From: Eledone cirrhosa
Taxonomy: Eukaryota
DNA length: 64,000 nucleotides
Assembly (NCBI GenBank): GCA_964016885.1
Contig: OZ024743.1
Coordinates: 74,896,001 to 74,960,000, forward strand
Direction: 5' to 3'
Below the pieces are notes generated by a model. The model was not told the DNA's origin. It did not search any database and saw only the letters and a program-made list of their open reading frames with translations. A program made the translations under genes and the position numbers. Each line of letters starts with the position of its first letter. Position 1 is the first letter of the stretch. Shown here piece after piece: positions 53,601 through 64,000 of this stretch.

Positions 53601-55457
53601 GCACACTCTATCATCTCCGGCTTAACACTCTATCATCTCCAGCTACACACTCTCTCGTCTCCGGCTGCACACTCTATCATCTCCGGTTAACACTCTATCA
53701 TCTCCGCTACACACTCTTTCCTCTCCGGCTACACGCTATCGTCTCCGGCTACACACTCTCTCATCTCCGGCTACACACTCTCTCATCTCTGGCTACACAC
53801 TCTCTCATCTCCGGCTACACACTCTATCATCTCCGGATACACACTCTCTCATCTCCGGCTACATACTCTCTCATCTCCGGCTACACACGCTCCCATCTCC
53901 GGCTACACACTCTATCATCTCCGGCTACACACTCTCTCATCTCCGGCTACACACTCTATCATCTCCGGCAACACACTCTATCATCTCCGGCTACACACTA
54001 TATCATCCCCGGCTACACATTATATCATCTCCGACTACAACACTATATCATATCCGGCTACACACTCTATCATCTCCGGCTACACACTATATCATCTCCG
54101 GCTACACGCTCTCTCATGTCCGGCTACACACTTTCTCATCTCCGGCTACACACTCTAACATCTCCGGCTACACACTCCCTCATCTCCGGCTACACACTCT
54201 CTCATCTCCGGCTACACACTCTCTCATCTCCAGCTACACACTCTATCATCTCCGGCTACACACTCTATCATCTCCGGCTACACACTCTCTCATCTCCGGC
54301 TGCACACTCTATCATCTCCGGCTACACACTCTCTCGTCTCCGGCTGCACACTCTATCATCTCCGGCTTAACACTCTATCATCTCCGGCTACACACTCTAT
54401 CATCTCCGGCTACACACTCTCTCGTCTCCGGCTACACACTCTATCATCTCCGGCTACACACTCTCTCATCTCCGGCTGCACACTCTATCATCTCCGGCTA
54501 CACACTCTCTCGTCTCCGGCTGCACACTCTATCATCTCCGGCTTAACACTCTATCATCTCCGGCTACACACTCTATCATCTCCGGCTACACACTCTCTCG
54601 TCTCCGGCTGCACACTCTATCATCTCCGGCTTAACACTCTATCATCTCCGGCTACACACTCTCTCCTCTCCGGCTACACGCTATCGTCTCCGGCTACACA
54701 CTCTCTCATCTCCGGCTACACACTCTCTCATCTCTGGCTACACACTCTCTCATCTCCGGCTACACACTCTATCATCTCCGGATATACACTCTCTCATCTC
54801 CGGCTACATACTCTCTCATCTCCGGCTACACACGCCCCCATCTCCGGCTACACACTCTATCATCTCCGGCTACACACTCTCTCATCTCCGGCTACACACT
54901 CTATCATCTCCGGCAACACACTCTCTCATCTCCGGCTACACACTCTATCATCTCCGGCTACACACTATATCATCCCCGGCTACACATTCTATTATCTCCG
55001 ACTACACACTATATCATATCCGGCTACACACTCTATCATCTCCGGCTACACACTATATCATCTCCGGCTACACGCTCTCTCATGTCCGGCTACACACTTT
55101 CTCATCTCCGGCTACACACTCTAACATCTCCGGCTACACACTCCCTCATCTCCGGCTACACACTCTCTCATCTCCGGCTACACACTCTCTCATCTCCAGC
55201 TACACACTCTATCATCTCCGGCTACACACTCTATCATCTCCGGTTACACACTCTCTCATTTCCGGCTACACACTCTCTCATCTCCGGCTACACACTCTAT
55301 CATCTCCGGCTACACACTCTCTCATCTCCGGCTACACACTCTATCATCTCCGGCTACACACTCTTTCATCTCCGGCTACACACTCTTTCATCTCCGGCTA
55401 CACACTCTATCATCTCCGGCTACACACTCTCTCGTCTCCGGCTATACACTCTCTCAT
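50662..55457. repeat. 22-bp minisatellite array (ctctatcatctccggctacaca)n, ~4.8 kb, containing a 200-N gap at 50944-51143
   Basis: Direct reading; variant units recur in higher-order blocks. Confidence 0.97.
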
Positions 55458-56094
55458 GTAGTTTGTTTTGTTTATTTACTTATTTCCAACCCAGGCGGCC
55501 CGGGTTCAATTTCTGGTGTTGAAAATGGACGTTAAACAATGAGAAGGGGCGGGGGGGGGGGGGCAGATAATGAGGAGGAGGGGGGGGAGGGTGATGATGA
55601 TGATGATGATGATCAGCATGGTGTAGAGGAGGAGGAGGATGGTGGTGCTGGTGGTGGTAATGATAATGATGATGATGATGATGATGATGATGGTGGTGAT
55701 GATGATGGTGGTGATGATGATGATACTAGCAATGCTTTGGATCGTTAGTCAGCAAAATACTTATATTTGATGGTTTAAAATAAAAATTAAATCTATCAAT
55801 AAAAACTCAAATTAATTATAATATTTTAAAGGATTTTAATATATTCATGTTTTGAAAAACTAAACCTACTCTCGATAACAAAGTGCATTTATTTTGAACT
55901 TGCATCAACAATATTTTATGGTTTCTTAATTGTTTTAAAATGTTAATATAAATTTAATGATCATTCTTTATATTGTAATCTCTGAAATATTGAGATCGAA
56001 GAAGTACACATTGACGGAGTTGTATAATTGAAGTACCGTGGGGAAGAAACTGAAATCGATTACATGTTTATGTTGAAGTATTTTACGTGAATGT

Positions 56095-56297
56095 ACGTGG
56101 CTTTGTTGTAAGGTATTCGGCTCACAATCGTAAGATCGTAAGTTCGATTCACGGCAGCACGCTGTGTCCTTGAGCAAGACACTTTATTTCACGTTGCTCA
56201 AGTCCATTCAGCTGGCAAAATTGAGTTGTACCTGTAATTTGAAGGGCCAACCTTGTCACATTGTGTGTCACACTGAATCTCCCTGAGAACTACGTTA
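56095..56297 (+). mobile_element. tRNA-derived CORE-type SINE
   Basis: aagttcgattc B box, ctgtgtccttgagcaagacacttt; 3' part also inverted at ~46030-46140. Confidence 0.75.
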
Positions 56298-56669
56298 CTC
56301 CAAAAACCCTTCGGCGTCACTCCAGTAAGGTTATTATTTAACTCATAAATGGGTTAAATCAGAAACCAATATAACACACACACACACATACACACACATG
56401 TACTTATTGTGTCATCGTCATATTCTTTCAGGTATGTTATTTTTATATATTTTCCAGTCTCTGTTCTAGATTTGTCTACGCCAGTTCTGTCTGCGTTCTT
56501 GTAATGTCTTTTCTCTCGTTTCTCATTTTATCTTTAATACTCCAGAGCAGATTTTAAAGTACTTGATAAACCTTATGACCTCTAATGAAGCAGCAATACT
56601 GTGCAGCAGGGGTGGAAATAGCCTCAGTTCATTCCGACAGCTGACGACCACATAACTGCTGTCTGTGTG

Positions 56670-56912
56670 TGAATCTATGTCTCTGAGTCATCTAACCGCC
56701 ATTGTCTCTGTACTGTTGTCTGTTTATTTACATGTTACCATTTTTTGGAAACTCTCCCTCTCTCCCCCTCTTTCTCTCTCTCTCTCTCTCTATATATATA
56801 GAGAGAGAGAGGGAGAGGATGGGAGAATTCTAAAAAGTGATAACAGATGTAAATTAGCAGATAACAGTACAGCAGAGACAATGGTGGTTAGATGACTCAG
56901 AGACATAGATTC
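56670..56912. repeat. Imperfect palindrome centred on (TC)n(TA)n(GA)n
   Basis: tgaatctatgtctctgagtcatctaaccgccattgtctctg / cagagacaatggtggttagatgactcagagacatagattca. Confidence 0.85.
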
Positions 56913-57092
56913 ATACAGGTAAATTCTTTTGTTTAACCTGTTTAGCTTGCTTCGTTTTTTTGGCTCCGGTGGCTAATAGCTTCATGACCGCCGTTTCCAG
57001 TTTGTTTGGCCTCTATAACGTATGTTAATTGCTCTGGTCATCTTTTAGTCCATTGAGCGCCTGCCGCATATCTCTATATATAGAACAGAGCT

Positions 57093-57378
57093 ATTTAATT
57101 AGAAAGTGAACAACACAAAATCTAACTACTCCATTACCAAAGGTTTCTGGATCACAGACGATAATAATATACGTCTGGATCGGTCGTCAGACAGAGATGT
57201 TATAGATAAAGGATATGAAATGAGATTTAAAATCTGTTAAAAAAAAAAAAAAATGTTAACTCTCATTTCATATCTTTTATCTATAACATCTCTGCCTGAC
57301 GACCGATCCAGACGTATATTATTATCGACTGTGATCCAGAAATGGAGTAATTATATTATGTGTTGTTCATTTTATAAT

Positions 57379-57383
<5 letters not shown>
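57093..57383. mobile_element. Penelope-like fold-back element with HHR arms
   Basis: ~135-bp imperfect inverted arms around an A-run; adjacent to (TA)n. Confidence 0.7.
57129..57196 (-). ncRNA. Type I hammerhead ribozyme
   Basis: Minus: ctctgt-CTGACGA-cc-gatccagacg-(11 nt)-cgtctgtgatc-ca-GAAACC-ttt-GGTA-atggag; the plus-strand copy 57290-57347 has lost stem III and the cleavage site. Confidence 0.68.
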
Positions 57384-57463
<80 letters not shown>

Positions 57464-57574
57464 GATAGATAGATAGATAGATATAGATATATATAGATAG
57501 ATATAGATATAGATATATATAAAATAATTAAGTCAAATATGTAAAATTTGGCTTCGTTTACAAATTATAGATAT

Positions 57575-57629
57575 ACTGCTATATATATTTCGGTGACAGC
57601 CATCATTGGCTGTGACCTCTTCAGACAGT
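57575..57629 (-). ncRNA. Type I hammerhead ribozyme (family of 42107)
   Basis: Minus: actgt-CTGAAGA-ggtcacagcca-atga-tggctgtcacc-GAAA-tatat-ATA-gcagt. Confidence 0.82.
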
Positions 57630-57829
57630 CCGAATTGGTTTGGGAAGGGCAGGTACACATGTTATTGAAGTGTGTTTTACACCGTCAATCCATCGATATG
57701 TCTAGCTCCTGGTAGTGTTGTTATTTCTCTTAGGAACTGGAATCATTTAAGTTAGAGCAAACGAATTTCGGCGCCATAGGACACTCTCGCATCCCATTGG
57801 TCAGTTGTGAAAGACGATAACAAGAGGAA

Positions 57830-59527
57830 TACATTAGACAACTTCAGGCCCATAATTCTGCTCAACACAGAGTTTAAGATTTTGGCCAAGGTGTTAGAAA
57901 AGAGATTGGCGCTTGTCGTCGAGGATTTGGTTGGGGAGGCGCAAACTTGCGCAATCCCAGCCAGGTAACATACACGACAATCTCCACCTCATGTGATACA
58001 TCATAGAGAGGGTAGGGTGTAAACCTGGCTTCGGTGGGGCACTGATCAATTTAGATCAATCGAAAGCATTCGATAGGGTCGACCATCGGTATCTGGAGTT
58101 TGTCCTCAAAGCGGCTAGCGGCTACCATCGGTATCTGGAGTTTGTCTTCAGAAGCTGGATCGCTGCAATGCACAACGGCACATACTCGGTGGTCAATGTT
58201 AATGGCCACCTCTGGGAACCATTTCGGCTCTCCCGATCGGTCCGTCAAGGGTGCCCTCGCTCTCTTCCCTTCTGTACGTATTGACTCTCGAGCCTTAACT
58301 GCTGAAGCTGGAGCTGTTGCAGGGCATCCCGCTCGAACCGGGACCTGGAAGGGCTGTGTCGGCTTATGCGGACGACATCACCGTGATGGTGTCGGACACC
58401 TCAGAAATCGAGGTGGTCGGCAACTTATTGGAGGAATATGAACGGTTGACGGGAGCAAAACTTAACTCGGAAAAGTCGGTGGGCTTGCAACTCGGCACCT
58501 GGAGAGGCAAGTCAATGCCGACTAACAGCATCGCTGGGCACTGGACGGACGGACCGGTAAAGTTGCTCGGTGTTTGGTTCGGGCCAGACCTCCGGGTGGA
58601 AAAGAATTGGGACGAGGTAACGAGCAGGGTAGCCAGTCTCATCCATAAGTGGGCTGCGAGGAAGCTATCACTGAAAAGTCGCGCGGAGGTGGAGAATGCG
58701 TACATCGCGTCCGTCATCTACTATCGCCTGACAGTCGTGCCTTGTCCCCGTCCGCGCCTCGTCAAGCTGGAACGGCTTCTCATCAAATTCATGTGGAAGG
58801 GGCAAGTTCCGTTGGTGAGGCGGTCCATCTGCTGCCAGCACACTCTACGCGGAGGGCTGGGCATTCCGTGGCTAATGATGCGCAGACATGCGCTGAGGCT
58901 GCGACATCTCCAGATATTCTGCCCAAACGGTGAACAGGTGTGGTCGCCGTTTATTAGACGGGCCTTTCCGCACACTCGTTTTTTGACTGAGCTGCAGTCC
59001 TTGGTCAAGAAGAGACCGAGACTGGGTGACTGGCACCTGGAATGTTGCCAGGGACTCACTGATTAAAAGGACTGAAGACAGACACTTTTCTCTTCGGCCA
59101 ATCCCTCATCAACTTCCTCAAGTTTCACCTGGAAAGGAAGGTGAGGGTGGAGAGAGAAGTGTCCCCCCCCCCAGTACATTTGCTAAAAGGTGGCTGAATG
59201 TGTCGAGAATGGCCCGTGAGAATGAGCCTACTCTGACAATGCGCCTATAGGCTAGCTAACTTGAGGAGAGGGATGCTCTCCCTGGGTGCCCTAGAAGCGC
59301 AGGGTGGTTCAGGATTGGTGGGGTATCTGAGTCACCCCTGGTTCGTCCACGCCCTATAGGGGAATTTATTTTGTTATATTTACGTATAGTTTATTTTATA
59401 TTTTTTATATCTTCATTGTTGAATTGATCTTGCCATTGTGCACTTTTACTCGACCTTATTGTAAACCCCACGGTCCCTGTCGTTGTATCGTCCCCTAGAT
59501 GTCGGCCCTTGTGGCCAATAAATGAAA

Positions 59528-59530
<3 letters not shown>
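57830..59530 (+). mobile_element. Tx1/L1-type LINE RT fragment with 3'UTR and (ATT)n tail
   Basis: NFRPIILLNTEFKILAKVL, LDQSKAFDRVDH, AYADDITV, GGLGIP; AATAAA then (ATT)n. Confidence 0.9.
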
Positions 59531-59574
<44 letters not shown>

Positions 59575-59576
<2 letters not shown>

Positions 59577-60552
59577 TGCCAGGCACTCACTGCCCTCTAC
59601 CAAGCGGGCAATGCGATCAGTGGAACTTCCACTCTCGAGTTCTATAGAGGATTAGTGGTGGGCAAGTGCGATGACGCACTCGGAGAAGCTTTGGGCCTCG
59701 ACGAAGTCGAACTGACCAGTCTGTACCGGAGGACTTTCGAGCCGGGACGATGGACAATTTCCAGAAATCCTCGCCTGGCAGTGCTACCGGGGGGGGGGGG
59801 GGGGATAACTGCCGGTTCGGGATAAACTCTACAGGCACGGAAGTGCTGTCAGACGGACCTTCCCAAGATGCGCACAGAGCGACGAAACCGTTCTGCGCGC
59901 ACTTGTCAAATGTCCGTGCATTACTGACTTGTGGAGTTATGTCGAACAGCTACTGTCGCGTGTGGAACGGATCTGGCTATCAGCCGAGTCCATAGTGAAG
60001 ATCGACCCGCCGCCTTCCTTAAGTCAGGAAGAGCAGGCAATTTTCCTGTCTGGTGGCCGTTGCGAAAGAGGTTATATGGTGAACCAGATTAAAAGGACTG
60101 AAGACAGACACTTTTCTCTTCGGCCAATCCCTCATCAACTTCTTCAAGTTTCACCTGGAAAGGAAGGTGGGGGTGGAGAGAGAAGTACCCCCCCCCCCAG
60201 AACATTTGCTAAAAGGTGGATGAATGGGGCGAGAATAGCTCGTGAGAATGGGCCTACTCTGACCGTGCGCCTATAGGCTAGCTAACTTGAGGAGAGGGGT
60301 GCTCTCCCTGGGTGCCCTAGAAGCGCAGGGTGGTTCAGGATTGGTGGGGTACCCGAGTCACCCCAGGGTCGTCCACCCCCTATAGGGGAATTTATTTTGT
60401 TATATTTATGCATAGTTTATTTTATATTTTTATATCTTCATTGTTAAATTAGTCTTGCCATTGTGCACTTTTACTCGACCTTATTGTAAACCCCACTGTC
60501 CCTTTCTTTGTATTGTACCCTACATGTCGGCCTTTGTGGCTAATAAATGAAA
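59575..60552 (+). mobile_element. Tx1/L1-type LINE 3' fragment (tandem with the previous copy)
   Basis: C-terminal zinc-knuckle region (FPRCAQSDETVLRALVKC) and a 3' end nearly duplicating 59061-59530. Confidence 0.85.
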
Positions 60553-60584
<32 letters not shown>

Positions 60585-60589
60585 TATTA

Positions 60590-63500
60590 TTGTTGTTATT
60601 CCTTGAATCTCAGTCATTGATGTTGGTTAACTGGAAAGTCCGTTGGATTGAATATCAAGCCACTACCTGCAGCCTCAGATATTCAGGACGTATCGGAGGG
60701 TTCTTGCTGTTCCAAGCAAGCATGCCTTTTGAAGAGTTCCAAAAACCGTGAAGGGGCCGATTTTCTTTAACCATCCCTGGAAACTTTTGGAGATAGTCCC
60801 CAGTGCGCCTATGACAATCGGGATCACTTTGACTTCATGGCAGTTCCAAATCCTTTTCACCTCCCACTTTAGGTCCTGGTATCGGTTAATTTTCTCCCTC
60901 TCCTTCTCTTGCACTCTCGTGTCGAACGGGCAGGCCACATCCACAATCAGACACGATCTTTTTTCTTTGTCCACAACCACCAGGTCAGGTCTATTGTGTT
61001 CCAGTTTTTTGTCCGTCTGTATCCTAAAATCCCACAGCACCTTCACCTGATTGTTCTCCATCACCGCCTCTGGCCTATGCTCATACCATTTCTCAGAATG
61101 TGGTAAATTGTTTACTTTGCACAGGTGCCAGTGGATCACCCTGCCCATCACATCGTGTCTCCAGCCCTTATAGTGGGTCTGGGCTAGGTGTTTACACTCG
61201 GACACAATGTGAGCCACAGTCTCCTCTCTCTCTCTCCACAGATCCTGCACAGTGGGCTAGCCTCCTCCTTGTAGATATGGTGCTTCAACCACTTCGTTTT
61301 GAGGGCCTGCTCCTGCGCAGCCATTAGCATTCCTTCTGTAGCCTTTTTGAGGTCTCCTCTTCTCAACCAGTTCCATGTCTGTGGCTCTCTAAATTCAGTT
61401 TTCTCAAAGAAGGTACTATGAAGGGATTTTCCCTTAAGGCTGCTCTTCCTCCTTGATGTTATTTCCTCCTTGGACATCCCCTGGCCTACTGTCCCCTCCT
61501 TCAGTACAGTTCTGAGCATTGGCTCCTTACTATAGGTCACGTATTTGTATAGGTTGTTTTTCTCCATCTGAACACAGTCCTCTATGCTGATAAGACCTCT
61601 TCCACCCTCAGATCTCCTTAGGTAGAGTCTATCGACATCACTCCTCTTGTGGAACATGTTGTAGATAGTCAATAGCTTCCTAGTCTTCCTATCCATTTCT
61701 TTTTGTTCAGCAACATTCCATCTCAGAATTCCCGCACTGTACCTAATAATAGACACAGCTCGGGAATTTACTGCGCTTATGGCATTTCTGCTGTTCAGAT
61801 GTGACTTCAATACGCTCCTTACTCTCCGAATGTATTCAGTTCTTAACAATTCCTTCATTTTTTTGTTCTTTATGCCATCAGCCTCCAGAACGCCCAAATA
61901 CTTGTATGCTTCCTCAGAGTCAATTTCCTTTATCATCTCACCTGTTGGTATCTGGATCCCGTTACTTCTGCTCAACCTACCCCTCCTCATCACAATGACT
62001 CCACATTTACCAATACCAAACTGCATACATATATCACTGCTGAAAATACGGACAGTGTCAACAAGCACATCCAACTCCTTCTCACTTTTCCCGAAGAGTT
62101 TAAGATCGTCCATGAAGAGGAGGTGATTGATGGTAAGCTCTTCCCTTCCCAACTTGTATCCTGCTCTCACTTTTCGCAGCATAATGGTCAAGGGCATCAG
62201 GGCAAGGACAAACAACAGAGGGGACAGGCTATCTCCCTGGAAGATACCTCTCTTGATCTTCACGCTTCCCAAGGATACTCCAGTTGATGTCAACTCTGTC
62301 TCCCAGGACCCCATACTCCTGCCTAGCAACTGTCTGATGTTATCTGCCACCCTGAAGATCTCCAGGATTTTGGTGATCCAGGAATGAGGCACCATGTCAA
62401 ATGCCTTTCTGTAGTCTATCCATCCCATGGCAAGATCAGTGTGTCTCCTCCTGCAATTCCCCATTACCATCTTATCAATAAGTAACTGGTCCTTTGTACC
62501 ACGTGACTTCTATCGGCATCCTTTCTGTTCGTCCGGTAACAAGTTGTTTGTGTGGAGGTGATGGTAGATTTCCTCAGACACAATGCTCGTCAACAGTTTC
62601 CACATTACGGACAGACATGTGATAGGTCTATAGTTGGTAACATCATTACCCTTGATTCGGTCTTTCATTATCAGAACTGTGGTACCTTTTGTCAACCACT
62701 CTGGCACCTCACCCGACACCAAGCAGTCATTGAACATGGCCGTCAGCTTCGGGTGGAGGGATGTTAAATGTTTAATCCAATACCCCTGCACACCATCTGG
62801 GCCTGGTGATTTCCAGTTGGTTAGTTTTTTGGCCTGCCCCTTAAGAGTTTCAACTGTGATACTCAAATCAGTTTGTTGTTGTGCCTGCTCACCGTTCTCC
62901 CTCTGTACTGTCTCAATCCACCCTGCCTGGGCATTGTGTCTAACATCCTGCTCCCATATTCCTCTCCAGAATGTTTTAGTTTGCTCCGCCCCAGGGATCA
63001 AGTCGTTGCCTCTTTCTTTCCCCTCAAGCTGTCCAAACAGCATCTTCTGGTTGTTGTCGAACATGCGGTTCTGTTTATACTGACTGACTCTGTTCTCGTA
63101 TCGCCTGATTTTTACACTCTTTGCTACAATGCGTTGCTTCAGTTCCTCTATGATAATATTTAGCTTTTTCCTCCTAGTTTTGTATTTTATTTCCAGTCTA
63201 TTTTTAGTGCCTATGTTTTTTAGTGTCCCATTCAGTAGTGACTCAAGCTTTCCTATGTCATTTCTCATTTCCCCGATTTGACCACTCAGTCGTTTCTTCC
63301 ACCACGGCTCTGCTCTTTCTTGTCTGTTGTTTCCTCTCGCTTTTATACCAAGTAGTTTCCTCACCGTATTTGCTGTTGCTTTGAGGATATTGTTGCACTG
63401 GTGAAGGCTCCTCGCCTCAAGGTATGGGATGACTTTGTTTACCTTAGCTGTTGTTTCTTTTAACTTTTTCCTGTCTACAAATCTTAGGTTCATAGGTCTC

Positions 63501-64000
63501 CCACTATCATTGTTCAATTCATCTACCACTAAATTTAGGATGTCAACCGAATCTTGTCCTAGCCCGTCAGCATTCATCTCCTCAGTGGCCGTATCTCTGT
63601 TCCAGGTATTATTTATCTCAGTATTCAGATCCTTGTCTGCTTCGGGTGGTTCCTCCGTTCTCAGGACCTCTTCACCTTCATTTCCCACTGGCTCGCTTGT
63701 CTGGCATACTACACCCGCCATCTCCAAGCCATTCTCTCTGCTCAGTTCCTCCAGTTCCAGCTCGCTTATCCATCCATTAGTTCTTATTACCCGAGCCTGC
63801 CCGGCCAATTTTTGTTCATCTAATTTAAATAAACCAATCTCGTTCCAGATGTTATGCATCCGTCTCCTGTAGCCCCTCTCCTTGGGGTTACTTTTCAGCT
63901 AACATTGCATAACAGTTCTATTCAATTCTTTCGTCCAGTTGGTTCTGGCCCCTTTCCTTCTTCTCCTTCCTCCAACATCAGCAGTATTTGGTTGACAGTC
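60590..64000 (-). mobile_element. R4/Dong-type non-LTR retrotransposon (RT + CCHC zinc knuckle + restriction-like endonuclease), lightly disabled, 5' end outside the window
   Basis: [91 protein letters not shown]; in-frame TAG at 62510, stop at ~63900, frameshift in (GA)n at ~61225; ends in (TAA)n. Confidence 0.92.

Noticed and set aside
50644-55522. Long ORFs with SSPATHSIISGYTLYHLRLHTL repeats
   Set aside because: Read-through of a 22-bp satellite whose frame cycles every 3 units; derived from antisense RTE sequence.
55539-55748. Acidic G/D/E-rich ORF
   Set aside because: Degenerate (GAT/GGT/GAG)n tail following a SINE-like 3' end (tggacgttaaac).
56610-56665. gacag-CTGACGA...ctgtc
   Set aside because: Stem I-like pairing present but stem II, GAAA and stem III are missing.

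Overview
AT-rich, microsatellite-dense animal genomic DNA, most likely an octopod cephalopod (inferred from the tRNA-derived SINE families). I find no host protein-coding gene; nearly all long ORFs in the track are microsatellite artefacts or retrotransposon remnants. Mobile elements present: Tx1/L1-type LINEs, a near-intact R4/Dong-type RT-RLE element, RTE and CRE fragments, a Penelope-like (Nematis-type) GIY-YIG fragment, many SINEs, a mariner-type MITE and Helitron ends. A 4.8 kb 22-bp minisatellite appears derived from an RTE fragment. The main hidden signal is a dense set of type I hammerhead ribozyme (HHR) motifs read by eye: about 18 well-formed copies in about 10 families, plus degenerate ones. 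They sit in ORF-less elements flanked by (TA)n, arranged as fold-back palindromes (Penelope pseudo-LTR style) or as 430-bp tandem monomers (retrozyme style). Several have palindromic stem III (dimeric HHR), non-canonical cores (CCGANGA; U.U or C.A at the base of stem II), stem II covariation, or an AATAAA just after the cleavage site. Coordinates were counted by hand and may be off by a few bases. Ribozyme activity is inferred, not shown.
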